Positions 30,408 to 38,811 of a stretch of 44,378 nucleotides of DNA are shown in pieces. The DNA comes from a virus. The notes under the pieces were generated by a model. The model was given only the letters and a program-made list of their open reading frames with translations. It made no database searches and was not told the origin of the DNA. Made by a program: the position numbers and the translations under genes. The DNA is taken from IMG/VR virus record IMGVR_UViG_3300045988_039715, positions 1 through 44,378 of that record; one strand, written 5' to 3'. Every line of letters begins with the position of its first letter. The stretch's first letter is position 1.

Positions 30408-31864
30408 GTTCCTATCGCCTCCACGTTTGCCGCAACAGTATTAGAAAGCCTGATCTCCATCTTTGCGACATTTCCTGTGTTGGTCCCGTCCCAAGCATTT
30501 GGCATAGTCAGCACATCTCCAAGTTTCTCACCGGCCCATACGATTTTTGCCTTGTTGGTGCTACGCCTTAGGTAGTAGTCATAAACACGTTGCGCCACTT
30601 TCTGACCGATAGATGGAGAGACTAACGTCGCATCTGTGATTTCTATCACATTTTGCTTGTCCGATGCCGTTATGTTTGGATTAGACACGCTGTATTCCGC
30701 CTTTGTATCGCTGTATTTGGACCCGTTGATTTCTATTGACCCATTTGTGTTTTGGATGTATGTATGTGCGGTCACCACCACTTTCGTCACAATGGCTGCT
30801 GTATCCACCGTTACGCCCGTATAGGTCCTATTTTTACCGACCTCTTTGGCTGTAGATGGTAGATGAAACACATAGAGGCGCTCCCTACCATCTGTAGAGG
30901 CACATACACCCCAGGCAAACAACACCTGTTGTATGGCCTCGCGCTTGGATGTCGCCAGCAAAACTCCGGTTAGCGTTGCATCGGTTATAGCGGAATCGTA
31001 CTCAATCTCAAAGTCTCCATCTACTATTTCAGACAAAAGCTCCTTTGCCGATTTGTTGGTATACACACCACCTGAAAATGGCGTTTCATCTAACACGCCT
31101 AATGCGTCGTAGCATTCAATATCATAGACCGTATCCGCTGATCTGGAATAGGCATCGATATAGTAGACACCAATCAAATTATCGTTATTCCGCACCTCCA
31201 CTGGCTGCTTCAACTGGAACATAAAGTCCACGTCATCTTTGCTGTCCAGCGTCCATTTCATGGTCGAGATAGGAAGCTCCGTCGCAATCAGGCTCATTTC
31301 GTTTATGATAGATGCAGACCGCAACTCAGACATTCCGAAATGCCGGAATATTCCGAATATAATACGCTCCAGTTTTGCCCTTCGGCCCGGCAGATTCGTA
31401 CTATTCAGCGTGATTACGATTTTGTTATAGCTCTCTACCCTCTGTTGACAAAAAAATGTGGCAGCATTGGGGAAAAAATCGGTGTTCGCCTTCTGTGTGT
31501 CTCCCTGATACCACTTGATGTTGACGGAATTACAATAGTCTCCAGAGGCGCTGTCAAATACAAGGGTCAAACCGACAGAGGAATACTGCTGATCAAAGTC
31601 TACGGTAATGACAGGTTTATTTTGGAAGATGCAGTCATCTCCGCTCATTTCAGCAGACCAGAAGGCAATCGGCTCATTTTCCATAAGTTTGTACTTACCG
31701 TCTAAGCCCCAATGATTCAACTCACATGTGATAGTAGGTGCCGGGGTAACCCCAGATGGCAGTAAAGATGGATTTGAAAAGCTCTCAACTGCTGTGGTGC
31801 TGACAGAAGCATCCTCCTCCGCTCCAGGGGCTATATCCTTATACAGAATCGTGGTCCTGCTCAT
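30404..31864 (-). CDS. tail-tip/baseplate hub protein (Tal-like)
   Basis: 486 aa, second gene after the tape measure. Confidence 0.5.
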   Translation of the reverse strand: MSRTTILYKDIAPGAEEDASVSTTAVESFSNPSLLPSGVTPAPTITCELNHWGLDGKYKLMENEPIAFWSAEMSGDDCIFQNKPVITVDFDQQYSSVGLTLVFDSASGDYCNSVNIKWYQGDTQKANTDFFPNAATFFCQQRVESYNKIVITLNSTNLPGRRAKLERIIFGIFRHFGMSELRSASIINEMSLIATELPISTMKWTLDSKDDVDFMFQLKQPVEVRNNDNLIGVYYIDAYSRSADTVYDIECYDALGVLDETPFSGGVYTNKSAKELLSEIVDGDFEIEYDSAITDATLTGVLLATSKREAIQQVLFAWGVCASTDGRERLYVFHLPSTAKEVGKNRTYTGVTVDTAAIVTKVVVTAHTYIQNTNGSIEINGSKYSDTKAEYSVSNPNITASDKQNVIEITDATLVSPSIGQKVAQRVYDYYLRRSTNKAKIVWAGEKLGDVLTMPNAWDGTNTGNVAKMEIRLSNTVAANVEAIGT

Positions 31865-32274
31865 GCGGGTGTCACCTGCGCCTCCATTGGGATAAAATTG
31901 ACTTCAATCTCGCCCCAGTAATTCACGCCTCTTTCCACCTTTTCTATGTCCTGAGATGCACTTGTATAATAAGCTTCATAGGAGATGGTGGTTTGTCCAT
32001 CAGCAGCCTCCAGCATAACCGAATCATCCACGGAGTGCTCTACAAGGTAATCCCAAAATTCGTCCAGTCCGTTGTAGTTATCACCCCGGCGGAATACTGT
32101 CAGTTTGTGGCCGATATATGTACCGATAATATCCCGTACCATGCGGCCAGTCATGACCCGTCCGGCGTTCTCACCGTCCAGGACATTGAAGTTTCGGTTA
32201 TATTTAGAGATTGCCACATCTGCATCGAACTCTATCCCATTTAACTTAATGTAGCTCATAGTGGACACCCTCAT
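31861..32274 (-). CDS. distal tail protein candidate (short)
   Basis: 137 aa, immediately after the tape measure. Confidence 0.45.
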   Translation of the reverse strand: MRVSTMSYIKLNGIEFDADVAISKYNRNFNVLDGENAGRVMTGRMVRDIIGTYIGHKLTVFRRGDNYNGLDEFWDYLVEHSVDDSVMLEAADGQTTISYEAYYTSASQDIEKVERGVNYWGEIEVNFIPMEAQVTPA

Positions 32275-32276
32275 TT

Positions 32277-34961
32277 CTATCTGTTCGTCAGAGACATCCC
32301 GTGTCTACGGGCTACCTTCTTCTGGTTGCGGTAGATCACTTCCCCGTCCAGGTTAATAACGTTTTCAATAAGCTGACCATCTGCATTCATCCCGCTCCTG
32401 GCTAGGGCCATCATCACAGCCTGAACGATGGTATCAAGAGGTGCCTCCACATTGGTCCCACTCTTCTGGTCGCCCAAAACCGCCAAAAACTCACGATTCG
32501 GAGGAATTACCGCACCACGGGCCAGCGCCGGAATATTTTGCATGGGCAACGAAACTGACCTTGCAGAAGCTCGTCCACTTCGGCTGGATGAGCTAGAACC
32601 GGAGGACGATTTACCAACAGTCTTATAAACCGTTGTAATTGTGATGGTTATATTCCGCTCAATAGATGCCAGCTTTGCGTTAAGGGCATTGATCTCCGCA
32701 ATTACTCCCTGAATGTTTTGTGATGCCTTGTTGTAGCAGTCTGTCCAAGTCTTGTTCCAAGCAGGAGCAAATTCGCCCGTCATATACAGGAGGAAGGCAA
32801 CCAACGATGCTTTCATAAGCTCTGTATTGTTGGTACAAAGGGCTAATACCGCATTAAACATGATGCTAAAGGCGGATACGACCATTGTGGAATTGTCGTT
32901 TACACCGTTTTCCAGTCCGGACATCATGTATCCGCCCAGGTCCTCGAATTCAGTAGATGGGGAATGGATGCCAAAGAAATCCTTTACTCCATCAATAAAG
33001 TTTCCGCCCCATTCAGTAATTTTTTTCCCAATGGAAGATAAGCCGTTAAACAAACCGTCCAGCATATCTTGACCGAGGCCAAGCCAATAATCCAAAGTGA
33101 AGAATTTAGACGGGCCAGCATCCCACCATGAAGTAAAATTACTCCATGCTCCAGATATGGCATCCAGAATAAAATTCCAGTTTGGAACAATTGCAACAAC
33201 TAGACCGGCCGCCCCAGTAGCAATAAGTCCAAGCCCAAGAGGGATTCCGGCACCAGTGAACAGAAGTATCACACCAAGAACCAACAAAGCGCCGCTAACG
33301 ATTGCTGTAACTGCTCCTATCGGCCCTTGCAAAGCAGTTTGTATAATGTCCCAGTTTATCGCTGCCGCTGTCGCTAAACTGACCGCCCCAGCCAACATCA
33401 TACCAATGCCAAGTGGCAGATTTGCACCAGAGAAGGTAAGGACAGCGCCCAGCGCAAGAAGGGATACACCAAGCAGACTCATAATCTCAGTAATCACCTG
33501 TTTCACACTGATTGTTGCGCTACCCCAGTTAAGCGAAACTGCAGCCGCCATGGCTGACGCACCAGCAATCATCATACCAATGCCAAGTGGAATGTTTGCG
33601 CCTGAAAACGCTAGAAGCGAACCGATTACCAAAAGAGATACGGATAACAGCTCCAGCATTCCGGTGATAACTTTTTGCATCTCCGTTGGCATACTGTCCC
33701 AATTAATCGCAACTACCGTTCCTAATGCCAGCGCACCTGCTACCATTAATCCAATGCCGAGTGGAATGTTCACTCCTGAAAAAGCCAAGATAGCTCCAAT
33801 CACTAAAGCAGAATCCCCAAGTATCACTAAGACCCTAGTAATCGCATTGAGCAGAGGACCATCGAGAGATCCCCAGTTCTCCGAAACAACAGATACTAGT
33901 CCGACCGCTCCCGCCGCCATGAGCGCAAGGCCAAGGGGGATATTTACTCCTGAAAACGCAAGGAGCGCACCAAGTGCTAGAAGGGCACCACTCACATACG
34001 CCGTTAATTCATCAATCTTTCGCTTGTATTCCGCAGTTGAGAAATCATCAAAGACAGGCTTTATTCCTTCTGATGCTCCTGCACCTGTACCACCAGAAGC
34101 CGCCCCTCCCCCAGATAGTTTGTTGATCTCATCGAAAGAGGCAAGTGACTTACCGGCTTCCTTTGCCGCATCTCCAACTCCCTCTACGGCGTTTGCCTCG
34201 TTATATAGATTTTCTGCGGCATCCGCTGCTTGATCCGCCGTCATTCCAAATAGTGCCGCGACAAGGCTGGCAACCGCAGAAACAATGCGGGTAAGCACAT
34301 TTACAAATGCCGTAAAAGCTGGTATAATCACTTCAATCAAAGGCTGTGCCAACGTCAGCAGAGCGCCCTTCAGACGGCCTATTGCTCTCACCGTCTCGTC
34401 ATTAGTTTTAATGACCTTTCCAAGCCATTCACGGAGCGCCGCCGCCCCTTGGGAGATGATTGTGAAGATGAGAGCGCTTCTTAGAACCTCACGGAGCCGC
34501 ATGGAAAACCGCTGGGTGCTTTTCTGTGCCCGGTCCACCGCTCTTGCCATCGCCTCTGCGGCTGGTCCTGTTCTGGCCATGGACTGATAGACTTCTCCAG
34601 CCCGTTCCTTTGCCAGATTGAGCCGAGTTGTGGTTTCTTGAATGCCGCGATCCATTCGTTCAATTTGGACAACCACTCCATCCCATTCTTTCTGGAGGTT
34701 GGAAACAATGGTCCTTTGCTCGTCTACATGCGCAGAGGTAAAAAACCTCCCGCTGTTTTCCATGTTGTCCAATTTCGCCTTTGCGGCATCCAGTTCAGCG
34801 CCTAATCTCTGGGCCTGCTCTACAAGGGGCATTTTCTGCTGTTGCTTCACATAGATTTGCTCATTCAGCGTTTCGATTTTCCTATTTAGCCGACTAAGCT
34901 CCTGCTGGGCCTTCTTATCGTCAATTTCGGCTTCAATGATGATAGAACCATCAGCCGCCAT
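32277..34961 (-). CDS. tail tape measure protein
   Basis: 894 aa with a coiled-coil N-terminus and repeated hydrophobic Gly-rich segments. Lies after the chaperone genes. Confidence 0.85.
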   Translation of the reverse strand: MAADGSIIIEAEIDDKKAQQELSRLNRKIETLNEQIYVKQQQKMPLVEQAQRLGAELDAAKAKLDNMENSGRFFTSAHVDEQRTIVSNLQKEWDGVVVQIERMDRGIQETTTRLNLAKERAGEVYQSMARTGPAAEAMARAVDRAQKSTQRFSMRLREVLRSALIFTIISQGAAALREWLGKVIKTNDETVRAIGRLKGALLTLAQPLIEVIIPAFTAFVNVLTRIVSAVASLVAALFGMTADQAADAAENLYNEANAVEGVGDAAKEAGKSLASFDEINKLSGGGAASGGTGAGASEGIKPVFDDFSTAEYKRKIDELTAYVSGALLALGALLAFSGVNIPLGLALMAAGAVGLVSVVSENWGSLDGPLLNAITRVLVILGDSALVIGAILAFSGVNIPLGIGLMVAGALALGTVVAINWDSMPTEMQKVITGMLELLSVSLLVIGSLLAFSGANIPLGIGMMIAGASAMAAAVSLNWGSATISVKQVITEIMSLLGVSLLALGAVLTFSGANLPLGIGMMLAGAVSLATAAAINWDIIQTALQGPIGAVTAIVSGALLVLGVILLFTGAGIPLGLGLIATGAAGLVVAIVPNWNFILDAISGAWSNFTSWWDAGPSKFFTLDYWLGLGQDMLDGLFNGLSSIGKKITEWGGNFIDGVKDFFGIHSPSTEFEDLGGYMMSGLENGVNDNSTMVVSAFSIMFNAVLALCTNNTELMKASLVAFLLYMTGEFAPAWNKTWTDCYNKASQNIQGVIAEINALNAKLASIERNITITITTVYKTVGKSSSGSSSSSRSGRASARSVSLPMQNIPALARGAVIPPNREFLAVLGDQKSGTNVEAPLDTIVQAVMMALARSGMNADGQLIENVINLDGEVIYRNQKKVARRHGMSLTNR
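33174..34010 (-). repeat. five tandem ~58-aa (~174-nt) repeats inside the tape measure
   Basis: The L(A/T/L)F(S/T)G(V/A)N(I/L)PLG(I/L)G(L/M)M.AGA......A..NW unit recurs, with AFSG at about aa 335, 393, 451, 509 and 568. Confidence 0.8.
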
Positions 34962-34987
34962 AAAATCACCACCTAGGGGGTATCAGA

Positions 34988-35173
34988 ATGAAAGGGAAAA
35001 TGGTTAAGTGTAAAACATGTGGAGCCGAGATTGCTAAAACCGCAAATCGGTGCCCAAAGTGTGGTGCCCGTCAGCACCAGGTCGCACTTTCAATTTGTGC
35101 CATTATTGTTGTTCTTACAATTTTTGCATGTGGACTTATATTTTTTGATTTTTTTAGAGAGGTCTTAGCGTAA
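34988..35173 (+). CDS. opposite-strand moron in the tail module: zinc-ribbon plus transmembrane peptide
   Basis: CKTCGAEIAKTANRCPKCGA, then ALSICAIIVVLTIFACGLIFF. RBS AGGGGG. Confidence 0.55.
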   Translation: MKGKMVKCKTCGAEIAKTANRCPKCGARQHQVALSICAIIVVLTIFACGLIFFDFFREVLA

Positions 35174-35177
35174 TCAC

Positions 35178-35200
35178 CCGCCCCTTTTGGGGCGGATTTT
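35178..35200 (+). terminator. intrinsic terminator
   Basis: CCGCCCC-TTTT-GGGGCGG followed by ATTTTT. There is no U-tract on the minus strand. Confidence 0.65.
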
Positions 35201-35773
35201 TCATCCCCCTGTCCACATCTTCACAAGGTCATTTTCAGCCTCGGAGTAATGCCGTTTGATATCCACCAAGTCCCGATTCTTTCGGTAGAACTCCCGGTCC
35301 GATTTGTCCAAGGGCTTACCAGATGCTTTTTTCTGCCGGATACGGACTATTTGAGCAAAGAGGCAGTCCCCAATCTCATAGTAGGCCGCCAGGAAAGTCC
35401 ACCAATGTAAACCACCCGAATTTTCATTTGGGTCGTAATCTACCGCTCTTGCCTCATAACCTAACACTCTGTTGATGGGAGCGACTATATACGGATAATC
35501 TTGTTCCCAGTCCACCAGATTGGGAGCTTTTCGCCCCTCTGGCTGGTCCTTTCCCCCGTTGATGAAGATCATGCACTCATGGATGGCCTCGTCAAAGTCA
35601 GAAAGGGCTTCCCATTCTGGATAGAACATCTGGAGCACGGCAAGAGCCCTATCTTCCTCTGATAGATCCGGGTCATTCATCGCCTCGAAAATATCCAGAA
35701 TCACCCGGTAATCATAGCGGATGTGAAACTCCTCTCCGCCAACCATTACACTTTTTGGCAATCCATAGCCCAT
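35201..35773 (-). CDS. Gp15-like tail assembly protein
   Basis: 190 aa between the chaperone and the tape measure, with its own GAAGGAG RBS. Confidence 0.55.
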   Translation of the reverse strand: MGYGLPKSVMVGGEEFHIRYDYRVILDIFEAMNDPDLSEEDRALAVLQMFYPEWEALSDFDEAIHECMIFINGGKDQPEGRKAPNLVDWEQDYPYIVAPINRVLGYEARAVDYDPNENSGGLHWWTFLAAYYEIGDCLFAQIVRIRQKKASGKPLDKSDREFYRKNRDLVDIKRHYSEAENDLVKMWTGG

Positions 35774-35788
35774 GCCGTGCTCCTTCTG

Positions 35789-36220
35789 TTACTTCTTCTG
35801 GTATTTCTGATATTTGGCCGTATACTTGGCAATCCTGGGGTTTGTGGCCTTTTGCTCTCTGGCATAGGTGCTGTCCACCTCGTCCATCACTGCCAGCATC
35901 AGGTTACACCACACAGGCAGCCCGTTTGCCACGGCATAAACATTCATCCCACCAAACAAGGCTTCACTGACAGGAACCCCAAACAGGCCGTCAATGATTT
36001 CCCGCATCTCGGTATCCCGTTCTCTGGCAAACTCGAAAATTTCCTTCTTATCTGCCATCTTTTCAATACTGGACTTGTATCCATCTTGCTTCTTATCCAG
36101 GTCCTCGAACGCAGAGTACAAACGCTCCACAAAGTTCGAATCGGAAGGGTTGAAGGTAACTTCCGCTTTTCCGTTCAGGTCATACGTAACAAGGCCAGTA
36201 TCAAAATTGAGCTCTTTCAT
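35789..36220 (-). CDS. tail assembly chaperone
   Basis: 143 aa, acidic, directly after the major tail protein. Confidence 0.6.
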   Translation of the reverse strand: MKELNFDTGLVTYDLNGKAEVTFNPSDSNFVERLYSAFEDLDKKQDGYKSSIEKMADKKEIFEFARERDTEMREIIDGLFGVPVSEALFGGMNVYAVANGLPVWCNLMLAVMDEVDSTYAREQKATNPRIAKYTAKYQKYQKK

Positions 36221-36223
36221 GGA

Positions 36224-36754
36224 TTACTCCTCTCCATCTGCTTTAAAGGTCACAGTGGCTCCCGAAATGGATGCCGTTCCGGTTGTGCGGGTGCCGCCGT
36301 AGGTTACCTCAATGGGCATCCCAATGGAGCCGCCACCCTCGCCGCCAAGGCCAGTGGGCAATACCGAGCAGGCAGAATACCTCTCCGCAAATACTGCCGT
36401 GTTTGCCGTACCTGCATACAGGTGGACAATAAGCATATCCTGATTCAGCAAGGCATTGACATTGTTCTCTTTGATAGCAAGATTCCAAATCTTTTGCTGG
36501 GCCTTGTCAGCGCCGTCCAACTCACAGGGGTCAAAGGTCTGTGTCTTGGTGGCCTTCTTTCCGGTGGTATAAGTATCACCAAAGATATCTACCTTGGTCT
36601 CCGTCTGCCAGTCAAACTCAATGGAGCTGTCCTCCACGCGCTTGCCGATGGGGGACCAAGTGGGGGTCCCGCTCTCTCCAGTATTTAGATAGGCAATCAG
36701 CATTTCCCGGCCTACAGTCTGGCCTGGGGTGGTGTTAAACTCTAAATCAGCCAT
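36224..36754 (-). CDS. major tail protein
   Basis: ATG at 36754 behind an AAAGGAG RBS. Size, position and Thr/Gly-rich beta-type composition fit TP901-1/phi13-like tail tube proteins. Confidence 0.7.
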   Translation of the reverse strand: MADLEFNTTPGQTVGREMLIAYLNTGESGTPTWSPIGKRVEDSSIEFDWQTETKVDIFGDTYTTGKKATKTQTFDPCELDGADKAQQKIWNLAIKENNVNALLNQDMLIVHLYAGTANTAVFAERYSACSVLPTGLGGEGGGSIGMPIEVTYGGTRTTGTASISGATVTFKADGEE

Positions 36755-36768
36755 TGTGCTGTCTCCTT

Positions 36769-37239
36769 TCACACGCCGACCTCATAGGTCAGCTTCATCA
36801 AAATTTGGTAGTCCTCTATTCCTCCTTCATAGGAGGCGAATTTTGATGCCTGGGTAGTCGGCTCGACTCTAAGGGCCCGTACTCCATCTCCCAGGCTAGG
36901 CAGATTCTTCCTGGCCCAGTCCCCAAAGTGGTTCAGCAGCTCGTCGGCCTCCAGGCGGCGGTCATTGCTACTCCCAGGCTTGATGCGGTAGATCAGTTTG
37001 AATTGATACTCCGCCTGGTATCCTCCCAAAATGTATTGCCTCGTAATATAGGTCCCCTGGATGGTTGACAGCGCCATGGCCACCTCTTCTCCGATGGCAA
37101 TATCCAGCGATTCGTACTTGATCATTGTGACCGGCTTTTCGGGGAAGGTGTTCACCCACACATTCATTGAGCGGGAAATCTTGTCTACCTCTTCCGCCGC
37201 CGCCAGCATCCGGGGCTTTTCCCGTTTTTCATAGATCAT
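36769..37239 (-). CDS. tail terminator/neck protein
   Basis: 156 aa; called from its position in the head-tail joining block. Confidence 0.5.
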   Translation of the reverse strand: MIYEKREKPRMLAAAEEVDKISRSMNVWVNTFPEKPVTMIKYESLDIAIGEEVAMALSTIQGTYITRQYILGGYQAEYQFKLIYRIKPGSSNDRRLEADELLNHFGDWARKNLPSLGDGVRALRVEPTTQASKFASYEGGIEDYQILMKLTYEVGV

Positions 37240-37639
37240 GTTTCACCGCCTTATCCGACACACGGACCCACTTCTCCAGGTTTTCCGCCTTGCTGGCCTC
37301 GAACCAATGGGATTGTGCCTGTCCGTGTACTGCTTTGCTAAAAACCAGGTCCTTGTCCGTCAGGACCTTTGTGCCACCCTTTGGGGCGTAACTGCTTCCG
37401 GTCTCAGGATCAACCATCAGTTTCCCATAGTACAAATAGCGAGACTTTGGTCCAGGATAAATAACTTTAGAGCCATCAACCCTTGTCCTCCGGTCCAGGT
37501 CACCTGTCAAGGCTGGGACATAAGGAGAAGTATCCTTCCGCACTTGGAGCGCCACAGTGTGCTCCGCCTTAGTGCATCCTTCGGCCAGCTTGTCCTTGAT
37601 TGCGTCTAGCCCCTCAGTGTGGACACTGAACTTCAACAT
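37229..37639 (-). CDS. HK97 gp10-like/minor capsid neck protein
   Basis: 136 aa. DTSPYVPALTGDL pattern resembles the gp10-family VPVDTGxL motif. Confidence 0.5.
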   Translation of the reverse strand: MLKFSVHTEGLDAIKDKLAEGCTKAEHTVALQVRKDTSPYVPALTGDLDRRTRVDGSKVIYPGPKSRYLYYGKLMVDPETGSSYAPKGGTKVLTDKDLVFSKAVHGQAQSHWFEASKAENLEKWVRVSDKAVKHDL

Positions 37640-38094
37640 CAGGCTCCACCTACTTCCCAGTGGGACATCTCCCCCCCGAAGTCCTTGAAGTCAACCGTTT
37701 TCACGTCGTAGACGTAGTCGTATGCGGCGGATATTTTCTGATTGCTCCAGTCCGGGTGGACAGCCTTTCCCTTGACAAAAAAGGTGTTTTGTCCGGGGGA
37801 GAGCGTCCACAGACCGTCCCGGCTCTCACCGTTCCAGAACTCCACGGGGCCAACGTACCGCTTTTTTTCCCCGGTTACGCCATCAGTGGCTGACACGTTG
37901 GCTGGTATGTAGAGCGTCACGGAATCGGCATCTACAAGCCCACTTTCGTTGACATTCTTCCCCTTCACGGCATCCAGAAGAACCCCCTCCAGCACCGTGA
38001 TGTGATTGATTGTTCTCTCCTCCAGAGTAGCCGGATCAGTCTCCACCGACACATTGTAGAGCGTCACAGTATGGGGGAACATATCCATATCCAC
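37639..38094 (-). CDS. head closure/head-tail adaptor protein
   Basis: 151 aa; called from position. The start may be any of the three ATGs at 38094, 38088 or 38082. Confidence 0.5.
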   Translation of the reverse strand: MDMDMFPHTVTLYNVSVETDPATLEERTINHITVLEGVLLDAVKGKNVNESGLVDADSVTLYIPANVSATDGVTGEKKRYVGPVEFWNGESRDGLWTLSPGQNTFFVKGKAVHPDWSNQKISAAYDYVYDVKTVDFKDFGGEMSHWEVGGA

Positions 38095-38509
38095 ACCCCC
38101 TCCCTCTGTACAGGAGGCCGGTAACCCCTAAATATTGCTGGGCGATAGCCCCAAGGGAGGCTTTCGCCGCCTGGGCGGAGGACAGGGCCTGTTGTGCGCT
38201 GTCCCCGCCGCTTCGGTAGGTCTTGGACCAGCTTCCAACGCTCTGACTTTGCAGTTCTCCCTCGGATGTCACGGAGGCGGACAGAGCCTTTTGCGCCAGC
38301 GCCTGGGCGGCATCAATGGCCTGATACTGCTCCGCAATGGCGCAGCAGGCCATTTTCAGCGCATCAAGGCCATCATTACGGGCCGCTCGGCCCTGCGTGT
38401 AGTAATCCAGGAAGGAGCTTGCGCGCAGGGACAGGCGGGGAAAGTCGGCCTCCTGAATGGCTGTCCCCAGGTATGTAGTTATGTAATACCTATAGTCTGC
38501 GTAAGCCAT
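38036..38509 (-). CDS. gp6-like head-tail connector
   Basis: N-terminus MAYADYRYYITTYLG...EADFPRLSLRASSFLD is typical of connector proteins. Directly follows the capsid gene. Confidence 0.55.
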   Translation of the reverse strand: MAYADYRYYITTYLGTAIQEADFPRLSLRASSFLDYYTQGRAARNDGLDALKMACCAIAEQYQAIDAAQALAQKALSASVTSEGELQSQSVGSWSKTYRSGGDSAQQALSSAQAAKASLGAIAQQYLGVTGLLYRGRGCGYGYVPPYCDALQCVGGD

Positions 38510-38523
38510 TACAGAGCCTTCTT

Positions 38524-38811
38524 TCAGGTTGATTTCGTGACGGTAGCGGTGTAAACCTTCTGCGCCGCCCCGTTTTTCACCGTGATAGTAACTGTGTTTG
38601 CCCCCTCCGCCCAGGTAGCCGCCGCGCCATTGCTTACGGGCGTTTCGCCATTCAAGATGGTTACTGTCGCCTCGTCATCCTCTGGCGTTGCGGTGATGGT
38701 GTTGGTGGCGTTTGTCGTGTTGGCTGTATATTCCGTCGCATCTGGGTCAAACGACGGAGTGAGTGTCAGCGCGCCAATCGTCAGCCCCGAGAGGCGCGCG
38801 CTTAACCCCCC
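38524..38811 (-). CDS. -1 frame extension of the capsid gene encoding a cadherin-like/Ig-like domain (no start codon of its own)
   Basis: Hand translation from the slippery site: GG-LSARLSGLTIGALTLTPSFDPDATEYTANTTNATNTITATPEDDEATVTILNGETPVSNGAAATWAEGANTVTITVKNGAAQKVYTATVTKST. Confidence 0.6.
   Translation of the reverse strand, partial: GGLSARLSGLTIGALTLTPSFDPDATEYTANTTNATNTITATPEDDEATVTILNGETPVSNGAAATWAEGANTVTITVKNGAAQKVYTATVTKST
38769..38811 (-). promoter_or_regulatory. slippery heptamer G GGG GGT (38805..38811) plus downstream 7-bp GC hairpin
   Basis: The heptamer is in X XXY YYZ phase ending at the TAA. A 5-nt spacer separates it from the stem at 38793-38799/38769-38775. Confidence 0.55.

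Noticed and set aside
33097-34233. 378-aa plus-strand ORF. Similar long plus-strand ORFs occur at 38763..39881, 22171..23199, 35723..36688, 24727..25515 and 43578..44315.
   Set aside because: All are antisense shadows of well-supported minus-strand genes (tape measure, capsid, island gene e, tail genes, endolysin, terL). They have P/S/R/A-rich low-complexity translations and no RBS.
35773-35800. Canonical G/GT tail-chaperone -1 frameshift.
   Set aside because: The chaperone ORF ends with a stop. The Gp15-like gene starts 13 nt later with its own GAAGGAG RBS and ATG. The ORFs do not overlap and there is no slippery heptamer.
38036-38094. 59-nt overlap between the connector gene and the next gene, considered as a second frameshift site.
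   Set aside because: No X XXY YYZ heptamer is present. The downstream gene has its own GAGGGAGGGGG RBS and three in-frame ATGs. It is treated as an ordinary overlap.
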